Positions 63,956 through 64,000 of a stretch of DNA of 64,000 bases are shown here, piece after piece. Where the stretch lies: positions 43,565,680-43,629,679 of the forward strand of contig NC_068981.1 of NCBI RefSeq assembly GCF_001194135.2. The letters are read 5' to 3'. The translations under genes were made by a program, and so were the position numbers. Within the stretch, counting starts at the first letter, position 1, and each line of letters begins with the position of its first letter. This DNA comes from Octopus bimaculoides. Its lineage: Eukaryota. The notes under the pieces were generated by a model. The model searched no databases, was not told the DNA's origin, and saw nothing but the letters and a program-made list of their open reading frames with translations.

Positions 63956-64000
<45 letters not shown>

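Overview
Repeat-dominated, AT-rich animal genomic DNA from a draft assembly with six N gaps. The SINE families, the RTE tails ending (GAT)n and the very dense (TA)n/(CA)n tracts suggest an octopus (inference). No intact long ORF is present, and most of the ORF track is translated microsatellite or N runs. Recognisable content is decayed mobile DNA: tRNA-derived SINEs, RTE LINE 3' ends, three or four mariner relics, a Hero/R2-type fragment, R4/Dong-type fragments, and many Penelope-like elements (PLEs), including three Naiad-type loci. The most notable signal is a set of hammerhead ribozyme (HHR) motifs from several unrelated PLE terminal-repeat families. It includes a seemingly intact HHR in a short element that also has a tRNA-like Pol III head and inverted termini (44204-44486), an inverted HHR pair with an RTE tail joined at the predicted cleavage site (29425-29930), and a ~1.8 kb Naiad palindrome with a CpA/TpG-to-TpA biased mutation pattern (61890-63665). 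A few phase-compatible plus-strand exons (37.5-46.4 kb) may belong to an unidentified host gene, at low confidence. All alignments and folds were done by eye, and element boundaries are approximate.
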